Made by a program: the position numbers and the translations under genes
Shown here: positions 21,842-30,269 of the stretch, one piece after another
How the letters are laid out: every line of letters begins with the position of its first letter
Position numbering within the stretch: the stretch's first letter is position 1
Notes under the pieces: generated by a model
The model's input: only the letters and a program-made list of their open reading frames with translations
What the model was told of the DNA's origin: nothing
Database searches by the model: none
From: Phycisphaerales bacterium
Lineage (GTDB): Bacteria > Planctomycetota > Phycisphaerae > WQYP01
Length of the DNA: 50,510 bases
Direction: 5' to 3'
NCBI GenBank assembly: GCA_013044165.1
Contig: JABEVB010000127.1
Span: forward strand, 1 to 50,510

Positions 21842-22459
21842 ATGGATATCGCTTTTCCGTGCGACCTTGTTCTGCCACTGGCCCTCTTTGTTGCTACGGG
21901 CGCTGTGCACTGCCTGGCACCAAAGTTCCATGGATCGGGTCAGTTGCCATGGCGTAAAAGCCTGCTGCTGGCGTTGACGGCTATTGCCGCGGTGGTGCCG
22001 ACCATGCTTCTGTTTCCCGGGTCGTTGATGGGGCAAAGTGCTGTTGAGAACGTCGCACCCGAGGTGATTTTTACCCTTGGGCCAGGTTTTACGGCGCGGG
22101 AATTATCGCAGCTATCAGCTTACATCGAATTGGTTAAGCCAAAGCCACGCACCATCGGCATTGATCTAAATGGCCCCCATCCAATTTTTGCTCTGCAGTA
22201 CGCCTTGCTGCAGTCGCGGCATCCTCGCCCGACATTCGAATATTTTAATGCGTCCGTGCAGGTGCCGGGACGGCCGGAGGCTGAGCCAGATATTGTGGTA
22301 GGCAGTTCATCGGAAACATTGTTGCGCCATCGAGATACGGGCACGTTGTACCGCAGGGTAAAGATATGTGGCCGTTTTGGAGTGTTTTGCCGGGTTTTGC
22401 CGCTCGAGCAAGTCATAGCGCCTGTTCTGCGCCAGGAGCAACAAACTTTGCGCCAATAA
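21842..22459 (+). CDS. Hypothetical membrane-anchored protein
   Basis: 205-aa ORF filling the ppiA-GH31 gap, with two hydrophobic N-terminal segments; no RBS and no recognisable motif. Confidence 0.45.
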   Translation: MDIAFPCDLVLPLALFVATGAVHCLAPKFHGSGQLPWRKSLLLALTAIAAVVPTMLLFPGSLMGQSAVENVAPEVIFTLGPGFTARELSQLSAYIELVKPKPRTIGIDLNGPHPIFALQYALLQSRHPRPTFEYFNASVQVPGRPEAEPDIVVGSSSETLLRHRDTGTLYRRVKICGRFGVFCRVLPLEQVIAPVLRQEQQTLRQ

Positions 22460-22462
22460 AAG

Positions 22463-22490
22463 TAGACAGATTGGCGTTCTATATTATGAT
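22463..22490 (+). promoter_or_regulatory. Sigma70-type promoter of the GH31 gene
   Basis: TAGACA-N16-TATGAT, about 50 nt upstream of ATG 22539. Confidence 0.55.
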
Positions 22491-22538
22491 TTGCGTGCTA
22501 AAGCTACGCGTTGTACAGCAATAATGATGGAGTTGACT

Positions 22539-25337
22539 ATGAATAGCAATGTTTCGGGAAGTGAACAACAATTTGCGGTCGCCAGGCGCGATTTTCTTAA
22601 GGCTGCCGGCGTGGCATCGCTTGCGGCGGGCACTTCATTTGCCCCAGGAAATGTGGCCAGCGCAGCGTTGGCCATGCATCGGCAGCCGGATGGCGTTGTG
22701 CTGGACTATCCCAATGGGCGGTTGCGGCTACAGGTGTTTTCGGATCGCATCATTCGTGTTCTGTTTTCTCCCAAAGGTGCAGCGCCCAAGCCCGCGAGCC
22801 TGTCGGTGGTGGCAACTCCGGCAAAGGTGAATTGGCAGCTTACCCATGAGGCAGGCAACATTGTCATAAAGACGGCAGCGCTTACGGCCAAGGTTGACGA
22901 GGCCACCGGGACGGTGCAGTTTTTTGATACAGCCGGAACGCTGCTCACGGCCGAAGCAGCCAACGGCAGGCACTTCGAGCCATTTACGTTTAAGGATGTG
23001 CCAACGTACCGTGTCACGCAAAAATTTGTGCTGGCCGCCAACGAAGCCGTGTACGGCCTGGGACAGCACACCAAAGGACTGATGGATTACCGCGGTGCCA
23101 CTGTGCGGCTCGAGCAGCGCAACCGGCATGTGGCGGTTCCGGTGATGCTCTCAAGTCGGGGCTATGGCATTTTTTGGGATAATCCGGCCATTACCGATGT
23201 TTCAGTGGCGGCTGCATCGCCGCAATGGCTTTCCGGCAAGTATATCTTTGATGAGCATGGCAAGCCCGGCGCCCTGACGGGCCGCTACTACACCGGCGAT
23301 AATTTTCAAACCCTGAAGCTTACGCGACGCGACAAAAAAATAGATTTCGTCTGGAATCATGGTCCGGCTAAGGGTATGGGCGAAGATAACTTTTCTATTA
23401 AATGGACCGGATTCATTGAGCCACCCGTCACGGGCGAGTACTTATTTACCACGTTGTCGGATGATGGCATTCGGCTGTGGGTGGATGGCAAGAAGCTCAT
23501 CGAGGATTGGCTTATTCAAAGCCCAAAGGAGTCTGCGGGACGGATTCATCTCGAAGCCGGAAAGAAATATCCAATCAAGATAGAATATTTTCAGGGCGGA
23601 GGCGGTGCGGAGGCGCATGTGGGTTGGCAATGGCCTGTTGCCAAGAGTTCTGCGGAGCATATATCGTGGCGTAGTCAAGCAGGTTTCGCGGTTGATTACT
23701 ATATGATGGCGGGACCAGCTCTTGATGATGTGATCGGCGCCTATCGCGAACTGACGGGACACGCCCCAATGTTCGGTCGCTGGGCGTGGGGCTTTTGGCA
23801 GTGCAAAGAGCATTACAATACACAGGCTCAGATATTGGGCGTGGCGGCTACGTATCGCTCGATGCACATCCCGATAGATAACGTCATTCAAGACTGGTTT
23901 TACTGGAGTCCGCATCCGTGGGGTTCCAATGAATTTGACCTCACACGCTATCCCGACGTAAAAGACATGATGAAAATGCTGCATAGTTGGCATGTTCACA
24001 TGATCATTTCGGTATGGGCGAAGTTCGCCAAAGGCTCGGCTAACTATCACAAAATGGACCAAGCCGGCGTGTTGCTCGACATGCCGGGTACACGTTATTA
24101 CGATCCGTTCAACCCGCGCGGGCGGGCATTGTACTGGCAATTAATGAATAAGCAGCTTTTTTCGCTGGGGATTGATGGCTGGTGGCTTGATGCGTCCGAG
24201 CCGGAGCTTAATTCTCGCTGGGGCGAGTTTGCAAACTATAAAACCTTCTTGGGTTATGGCGAGTTTGTTTACAACGCCTATCCACTGATGCACACCATGG
24301 CGGTGTACCAGGGGCAGCGAGCGACAACCTCGGCCAAACGTGTGTTCATTTTGACACGCTCCGCTTTTGCCGGCCAACAGCGCAACAGTGCCGTGACGTG
24401 GTCGGGAGACACCACCGGAACATGGGCCACGTTTAAAGAGCAGATACCGGCGGGGTTGAACTTCGCCATGAGCGGTATTCCATATTGGAATACAGACATT
24501 GGTGGATTTTATATATCCGACGGGCCAACAGACGCGGCTTATCAGGAACTGTTTGTGCGGTGGTTTCAGTTTGGGGCTTTCTGCCCGATGTTCCGCGTGC
24601 ATGGCACCCACTATCCGAAGGAAATGTGGCGTTTTGGGCCGCATATAATGCCCATGCTGGTGAAGTACGACAAGCTGCGCTACCGCCTGCTACCGTATAT
24701 TTACAGTGTGGCTTGGCAGGTGACCAGTGCTGGCTACACCATGATGCGTGCTCTTGTGATGGACTTTAGAGAAGATGCCCGGGCGCAGAGTGTGGCTGAT
24801 CAGTTCATGTTTGGGCCGGCGTTAATGATTGCTCCGGTAACGGAGCCGGGCGCGAAGAATCGCCCGGTATATTTGCCCGCTGGCAGCGGTTGGCAGGACT
24901 TCTGGACGGGCAAAAACCTCGTCGGCGGAGCCACCGCCGTCATGGATGCTCCGCTCGATACTCTGCCGATAGCCGTTCGCGCCGGGGCGATTATTCCACT
25001 GGGGCCGGTGATGCAGTATTCCAATGCTGAGCCGGTAGACCCAATTGAACTGCGCGTGTACACCGGAGCCGACGGAAGCTTTACGCTCTACGAAGATGAA
25101 GATGACAATTACAACTACGAAAAAGGTGTATACGCCACTATCGCATTCAAGTGGAGCGAGGCCGACAAACGCCTGACGATTGGCGCCCGCAAGGGTGAAT
25201 TCCCCGGGATGTTAAAACAGCGGACCATTAACGTAGTGTTTGTGCGGCCGGGCCATGGTATCGGATTGCTAGTTGAGGCCGCGCCCGACAAGGTCGTCGC
25301 CTACAGCGGCGACGAGGTGCAGGTACATGCTGGTTGA
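22539..25337 (+). CDS. Tat-exported GH31 glycosidase (alpha-xylosidase-like) with PA14 insert
   Basis: Tat motif ARRDFLK; PA14 (FSIKWTG...SDDGIRLWVDG...IEYFQ); GH31 nucleophile WWLDASEP, WSGD and YWNTDIGGF; GGAG RBS. Confidence 0.93.
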   Translation: MNSNVSGSEQQFAVARRDFLKAAGVASLAAGTSFAPGNVASAALAMHRQPDGVVLDYPNGRLRLQVFSDRIIRVLFSPKGAAPKPASLSVVATPAKVNWQLTHEAGNIVIKTAALTAKVDEATGTVQFFDTAGTLLTAEAANGRHFEPFTFKDVPTYRVTQKFVLAANEAVYGLGQHTKGLMDYRGATVRLEQRNRHVAVPVMLSSRGYGIFWDNPAITDVSVAAASPQWLSGKYIFDEHGKPGALTGRYYTGDNFQTLKLTRRDKKIDFVWNHGPAKGMGEDNFSIKWTGFIEPPVTGEYLFTTLSDDGIRLWVDGKKLIEDWLIQSPKESAGRIHLEAGKKYPIKIEYFQGGGGAEAHVGWQWPVAKSSAEHISWRSQAGFAVDYYMMAGPALDDVIGAYRELTGHAPMFGRWAWGFWQCKEHYNTQAQILGVAATYRSMHIPIDNVIQDWFYWSPHPWGSNEFDLTRYPDVKDMMKMLHSWHVHMIISVWAKFAKGSANYHKMDQAGVLLDMPGTRYYDPFNPRGRALYWQLMNKQLFSLGIDGWWLDASEPELNSRWGEFANYKTFLGYGEFVYNAYPLMHTMAVYQGQRATTSAKRVFILTRSAFAGQQRNSAVTWSGDTTGTWATFKEQIPAGLNFAMSGIPYWNTDIGGFYISDGPTDAAYQELFVRWFQFGAFCPMFRVHGTHYPKEMWRFGPHIMPMLVKYDKLRYRLLPYIYSVAWQVTSAGYTMMRALVMDFREDARAQSVADQFMFGPALMIAPVTEPGAKNRPVYLPAGSGWQDFWTGKNLVGGATAVMDAPLDTLPIAVRAGAIIPLGPVMQYSNAEPVDPIELRVYTGADGSFTLYEDEDDNYNYEKGVYATIAFKWSEADKRLTIGARKGEFPGMLKQRTINVVFVRPGHGIGLLVEAAPDKVVAYSGDEVQVHAG

Positions 25338-25370
25338 CCAAGCTTATTGACTATTGCGGGCTGCGCCGGG

Positions 25371-26900
25371 CTATCTGAAAAAGAACAGCAGGCCAATGAT
25401 GGCAAGCACCGTTCCCAGGCACGGCAGGGCGTAGCGAAAAAGGTAGCCTAAGAAGCCGGGGCACATAGCGCCCTCCTGTTGGGCGATGGCACGCACAAGC
25501 AGATTGGGACCGTTGCCAATCCAGGTGAGTCCTCCAAAAAATACCGCGCCCAGAGAAATGGCGAGCAATTGCCGGGCAAAGTTTGGATCTGTGAGCCGTG
25601 TCATTATCTGCTCTTGGGTATTTGGAAGTGTTCTTCGCAGATTAATTTTGATTTGAACCGAAGCGGCGATATTGGAGGTTCCCGGCTTGGTGTCTGTAAT
25701 GAGTTGAGAGTGGAGCATGGCCATGTAGGTTGGCGCATTATCCAGAACAGAAGAGCAAAGGCCGGTGGTAAGATAAGACGCTGCCGGGGTGGATGTGTAT
25801 TTTGCTAATTGTCCATTGTGCGATTGATTATCCAGCAGATTGAGCACGGGTGCCAGGGTCAAAAAAATACCGAAAAAAAGCACGGCAACTTCCACGATGG
25901 GTTCAAAGTTAAAACGGTTGGCTTGACGCAGCGATGTAGGGCATATCAGCAGCGATGCCGCCGCCAGAACGATCAGCGATATCTCCCGCCAAGGTGAGGC
26001 AAGGCATAGAGCGGCAAGCACCAGCGGCAGCACTGCGAGTTGATTTAAGCCAGATATAACAACCGCCGGCTCGGCACCGGGTGCCGGAGATGCCGGTAAC
26101 CTCCTGGTGGCCCGGCTGTCGAGAGCGTAGAACATTGCCAAAAGCAGGGTCAAGGCCAGCAACCAAGCAGGCCAGGCATGCATGGTGATCCACCAGAATG
26201 GCACACCCGATAAAAATCCGAGCAGCAGGGGGGGGTCTCCAAGAGGCGTTATGGCACCGCCAACATTAGCTACGATCATCACAAAAAACACAACATGTCG
26301 TCCGGCAAGGTGTTGCCGATTGATCCGAAAAAATGGCCTTGCCAGCAGCACCGCTGCACCCATAGTGCCGAGGCATCCGGCCAAAAGTGCGCCCGTGAGC
26401 AGGCACAGTACATTGACTCTGGGCGATGGGTCGCAATGAATGCGCACTTCAATGGCCGAGCCAATGATAAAAAGAGTTCCAATGGCGATGATAAAATCAA
26501 CATAGGTACCCAAGCTTTCGGCGCTTTGTGCAACGGCTCCCGGGCCGAATCGCAGCATGTACAAAGCGGCCGCGGCTATCCCCAGCCCTCCGGAGATCCA
26601 GCCATGAAACCGCTGCCACCAGGCGGGCATAAGTGCCGGCAATGTTGCAATCGCCAGCAGCAATGCGGCGAAAGGCATCGCCCAAGGCCAAGTGACGTGA
26701 GGCGGCTGGGTGCGCATTTCAAATGGAGCGAGAATAAACAGGCTGGTCACTACCACGGCAATGACCACGGCGGTGCCGGCAAGCAGTGTTTTGGGGGCTA
26801 TAAAGTGGCGATCCGGTGTGGTAGCGGCGGCATCGCCAGAGCTGCGAGCGTGTGACAGATGCAATTGCAGGCGAGGCTGTTTGGAACGGGTAGGAACCAT
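25371..26900 (-). CDS. Ion-transporter superfamily protein (putative Na+/H+ antiporter / CitMHS-like)
   Basis: ANVGGAITPLGDPPLLLGFL, EVAVLFFGIF, SSVLDNAPTY and AISLGAVFFGGLTWIGNGPN; start uncertain. Confidence 0.85.
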   Translation of the reverse strand: MVPTRSKQPRLQLHLSHARSSGDAAATTPDRHFIAPKTLLAGTAVVIAVVVTSLFILAPFEMRTQPPHVTWPWAMPFAALLLAIATLPALMPAWWQRFHGWISGGLGIAAAALYMLRFGPGAVAQSAESLGTYVDFIIAIGTLFIIGSAIEVRIHCDPSPRVNVLCLLTGALLAGCLGTMGAAVLLARPFFRINRQHLAGRHVVFFVMIVANVGGAITPLGDPPLLLGFLSGVPFWWITMHAWPAWLLALTLLLAMFYALDSRATRRLPASPAPGAEPAVVISGLNQLAVLPLVLAALCLASPWREISLIVLAAASLLICPTSLRQANRFNFEPIVEVAVLFFGIFLTLAPVLNLLDNQSHNGQLAKYTSTPAASYLTTGLCSSVLDNAPTYMAMLHSQLITDTKPGTSNIAASVQIKINLRRTLPNTQEQIMTRLTDPNFARQLLAISLGAVFFGGLTWIGNGPNLLVRAIAQQEGAMCPGFLGYLFRYALPCLGTVLAIIGLLFFFR

Positions 26901-26940
26901 AGGTAGATTGTCGCGGCAAAGGCCGATGATGCAAGGGCGC

Positions 26941-26984
26941 AAAGAAAAACCGCACCAGCCTTCAAGCTGCCTTACCTGCCGGTT
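26941..26984 (-). terminator. Putative intrinsic terminator or attenuator
   Basis: Minus strand ACCG-GCA...CAGCTT-GA-AGGCTG-G-TGC-GGT followed by TTTTCTTT. Confidence 0.5.
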
Positions 26985-27180
26985 ATGAAGAAATATAGAC
27001 TTGCGTTTAATTTCCGGCGGTTAAAGCGACGAATGTTGGCGTGCGGCCCTTCCGATCATCGCGACGATGATATTCACTGCTTGGCGGTTCGCCTCCTTTC
27101 GATGCACTCCTGTCGGGGTGCAACTCATCCATGTATATTGTCCCAACGCCGAGTTGCAAATGCAACTGCAGTGATTGAAA
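26941..27180 (-). ncRNA. Candidate sigma54-dependent structured small RNA or leader
   Basis: Lies between a -24/-12 box and a terminator. Hairpins at 27056-27072, 27083-27093, 27103-27122 and 27153-27166; six GGA trinucleotides; GAAAGGAGGCGAACC. Confidence 0.5.
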
Positions 27181-27190
27181 CATAAACGAT

Positions 27191-27206
27191 TGCAACTGGC
27201 TCGCCA
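27191..27206 (-). promoter_or_regulatory. Sigma54-type promoter
   Basis: TGGCGA-GCCAG-TTGCA on the minus strand (GG-N10-GC with the TT intact). Confidence 0.6.
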
Positions 27207-27222
27207 ATCTTGTGTGCGGGCG

Positions 27223-28611
27223 TTATTGAGGAAGTTTGAGATTTTTAAGTGTGAAATGGACTAAGACGTTGGTGAATTGGGCCGGACTTTGCCACAAAAA
27301 CTTTATAGGCCTTGTGAAGTTTTCAGGGGTGGATTGTTTGGCGGGCTTGCTCGAGGCGGTATCTATGCCGGCCTGAATTGCTTGGGTGCCCGCAGGCGAG
27401 GGCGGCGCAAAGGAAAGCGTTCCTTTCCCGTCTTGTTGGCAGCCACAATCGGGTTGCCAATCACATTGGTAATGATGACCGGCCGCGTCGGTCAGCACAG
27501 GCAGAGGACGGGTGAAGATAAGGTCCTCTGCGGTGGCGATTTTTTGGGTGGAGGTGTCATTCAGGTGCGCCGGGTTAACGCCAGGAGGTGCAACCTGCAC
27601 TCTCATTGCATAGGTGTTGCCATGGGCGGCAATGGGCTTAAGTATGAGCTTATTGCCAAGCACATAGATGATGCGAAGTTTGGGCTGCATGATATGGTCA
27701 ATGGCAATATTTTTTGATGCGGTACGAGCGCCGATTGAAATAGTTCCATGGATTCTGGCGATTTGCGTACCAAGGTTGACCGGTCGCCGAAGATAAAACG
27801 TTAAGTTGTGATACCAGTATGCGCCAGCGTTATAAATGTCGGGAGGCTGAGCTTTGTGCGACTCGGGCACGAGCAGATTGTTGCCGCGGTTATCCATGGC
27901 CAGGGTAAGTACCGCGTGCGGGCCGACGATAATGCCCCGGAGCATCGGTTCGGAAAATAGATCAATTTGCAGAGTCAGTCGGTTCGTCTGTTGTGGCTTA
28001 TCGCCGGTGAAGGTGAGCTTGGCGTGGTCGTCGGTGGTGCTGGCGACGATTAAAAAGCGTCCGGTTTGATCGTGCGGGCCTGCGAGCACTGTGCCACCCA
28101 TTGCGGTGATGTCGAGTACATGGTTGTAGGGGTTAAGCGAATAGCCGCTTTTAGTGAGAAGTTTGCGAAGCGCCGTGAAAAAAGGAACTTTTTCAACATT
28201 AAAATTCATAGGAGCCGGTTGCGGGCCAAATGGCATTGGCTCAAATTTGTACTTCAGACCAACTTGCGTACATAGCGCTTGGCAAACCTGGGCCGGGGAG
28301 GCATGTGTAAGGTGCAGTGTTATTAAGGTTGGCTGCATAAATAAATGCTGTGCAAAGCGTTGTTGCTTGGTTAGCGTTGCGGCGGGCGGCAACAGATGGG
28401 CAAGGTCCTCCGGTGCGGTACTTGTGGCGGCATTTGCACCAGCCGCATTGGTGTATGACAGGAATGAGCCAACCCCCAGACCGCCCAAAAGCATCAGCCC
28501 CGATAACAGCCGTTGCCATCTGCCGCGATTGGCGGGAATTGGGGAGACCCAGGGCCGTCGCTGCAACGCAATATTAGCCTTAGGTGAGTGAGGCATACGG
28601 GCGATATTCAT
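27223..28611 (-). CDS. Secreted or membrane-anchored hypothetical protein (paralog of 28646..30190)
   Basis: Hydrophobic N-terminal segment; motifs PTLITLH, FFTAL, GRFLIV, LFSEP, AMDNRGNNLL and FTLKNLKLP. Confidence 0.8.
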   Translation of the reverse strand: MNIARMPHSPKANIALQRRPWVSPIPANRGRWQRLLSGLMLLGGLGVGSFLSYTNAAGANAATSTAPEDLAHLLPPAATLTKQQRFAQHLFMQPTLITLHLTHASPAQVCQALCTQVGLKYKFEPMPFGPQPAPMNFNVEKVPFFTALRKLLTKSGYSLNPYNHVLDITAMGGTVLAGPHDQTGRFLIVASTTDDHAKLTFTGDKPQQTNRLTLQIDLFSEPMLRGIIVGPHAVLTLAMDNRGNNLLVPESHKAQPPDIYNAGAYWYHNLTFYLRRPVNLGTQIARIHGTISIGARTASKNIAIDHIMQPKLRIIYVLGNKLILKPIAAHGNTYAMRVQVAPPGVNPAHLNDTSTQKIATAEDLIFTRPLPVLTDAAGHHYQCDWQPDCGCQQDGKGTLSFAPPSPAGTQAIQAGIDTASSKPAKQSTPENFTRPIKFLWQSPAQFTNVLVHFTLKNLKLPQ

Positions 28612-28645
28612 GGCGATATTCCTTTACGCAAAGATGCCCAAACAC

Positions 28646-30190
28646 TCAGGGTTGCGGAACCGGGATATTGTGGAAGGCGAAGGTGATGCGTGGAGTTACG
28701 ACGCCTTGCGGTAGTTTCCATACCAGCCGGATGGGCGGGCCAACGGGTCCACCAGAGGCAGCGGCTCCTGGGTGTGTAGCAACGGCCTTGGGCAGCAGGC
28801 CTGAGTTTTCGCCCGCGAGGCGCAAGTCGAACCGAACGCCTGCGGATGAATCGTTAAACGCCATCGTGCTTTGCGCTGTGAGGCGGTACGCATGGCCGCT
28901 TTTGTCGTACATTATGGCGCCCTGGCCGCCCAAGAGCATTTGTCTGATCTGGCGCTGCTGTTGGCTAAGCGATTGGAACTGTGGGCCTTGAAAGGTCATG
29001 GTGTTGACAAGCGCGACAATAGTGTATTTGCCTGTGAGGTGATGGATAACTTTACCCAACACAATGGAAAATCCGGAGGCTTGATGCGTGCGCTCTTTGA
29101 TATTGTTAATATTGTCAATTGTCCATACTTTATTGCCAATCAAGAGCGGCCTAAGTAAAAAGCCGGATAAATGGCGGATGCTCTTGGGCGCCTTGCCCGA
29201 AAGATTGAGCATAAGCAGACACGAACCATCGAATGGTCCGCTGTCGCGTGTAATGTCGTTATCGGCGAAGTTGCCTGGTTGTTGAGGAGTGAGAAGGCTT
29301 TTATTGTTCTGATCGGTTGCACGGACAACATTTAGCTGAAGCTGAGGATCGAAGCTTCCGTAGTTAAATGAGTCGTTGCCCGGGGCCGGAATGGGTGATT
29401 TCGGTTCGGTCAGCACCTTAATATGAATGGTCAGTGTCGGAGAATTTGCTTGATTGCCAAACTGGTTCTGTGCTGGTTGCAGGTTTTGAGTAGATTCCCA
29501 AGCGATGCTTTTAATGAGCAGCAGATAGGGGCCGGCCACACAATACGGCTCATGCTTGCCGATGTAGCCATGCTTCTTTAGATCTATCCCTTGAGGGGGT
29601 GCTGTTGGACCAATGCTATGGAGCAAGCCTGCCGGGCTGCAACCCGTAATATGAGCCATGTCCACCATGGCCTGCCAAAAGCTGAGTTTTCTATCGGGCA
29701 GTGACATAATGCGTTTGAGTGATGGAATGGCAGGCATCACAAAGGGCGTCCCGCCATCAGCTTGATTGCAGCATTGTTGGACCACTTGCAGCGCAGGCAG
29801 GTGTATGGCCGAAAAGTGAATAATCGTAGGCTGGCTGACGCGGTTGATTTCAACGCGGAGCAGAAGCTTTTGTAATGTCCTTCGCTCAGTCGTAGGGGCC
29901 GTTAAAAGAGCTTTCTTGATTGCGGCAACGGCTTTGGTGGGATTTTCAGCCAGCAGAGCCCCCTGCGGCGACTTTAAACTGTCTCCGGAAGATGCTACTT
30001 TCAGCACCAGCGAGGGCGTGATAGCCGGGGGCGGTTTTATTATCGCGGCAATGCAAGTGCTTTGCTGCGCCAGTGCTCCCGTCAGCGCCACGGAAAGTAC
30101 CCCCGCAACCCAAGAGATTTTGAACAATGGCATGAGCCTGCAGCATAAGTTATGCGACGGCCGAATAGTCAACGTATTGTTGTTGCACAT
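28646..30190 (-). CDS. Secreted hypothetical protein (paralog of 27223..28611)
   Basis: GGAG 8 nt before ATG 30190; signal-like segment; motifs PTIIHF, FWQAM, GPYLLL, VLTEP, ATDQNNKSLL and FAFHNIPVP. Confidence 0.8.
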   Translation of the reverse strand: MCNNNTLTIRPSHNLCCRLMPLFKISWVAGVLSVALTGALAQQSTCIAAIIKPPPAITPSLVLKVASSGDSLKSPQGALLAENPTKAVAAIKKALLTAPTTERRTLQKLLLRVEINRVSQPTIIHFSAIHLPALQVVQQCCNQADGGTPFVMPAIPSLKRIMSLPDRKLSFWQAMVDMAHITGCSPAGLLHSIGPTAPPQGIDLKKHGYIGKHEPYCVAGPYLLLIKSIAWESTQNLQPAQNQFGNQANSPTLTIHIKVLTEPKSPIPAPGNDSFNYGSFDPQLQLNVVRATDQNNKSLLTPQQPGNFADNDITRDSGPFDGSCLLMLNLSGKAPKSIRHLSGFLLRPLLIGNKVWTIDNINNIKERTHQASGFSIVLGKVIHHLTGKYTIVALVNTMTFQGPQFQSLSQQQRQIRQMLLGGQGAIMYDKSGHAYRLTAQSTMAFNDSSAGVRFDLRLAGENSGLLPKAVATHPGAAASGGPVGPPIRLVWKLPQGVVTPRITFAFHNIPVPQP

Positions 30191-30269
30191 TGCCAAGACT
30201 CCAGTTGGGCACGCCTATATTGTATTAAGCAAAACGACGTCAAACAAGAGAATGGAGCCGGATCGCTTG

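Noticed and set aside
27007-27207. 66-aa ORF (or the shorter MDELHPD... peptide) overlapping the sRNA candidate
   Set aside because: Its start lies inside the sigma54 box, the SD is weak and the sequence is not protein-like. A short peptide cannot be fully excluded.
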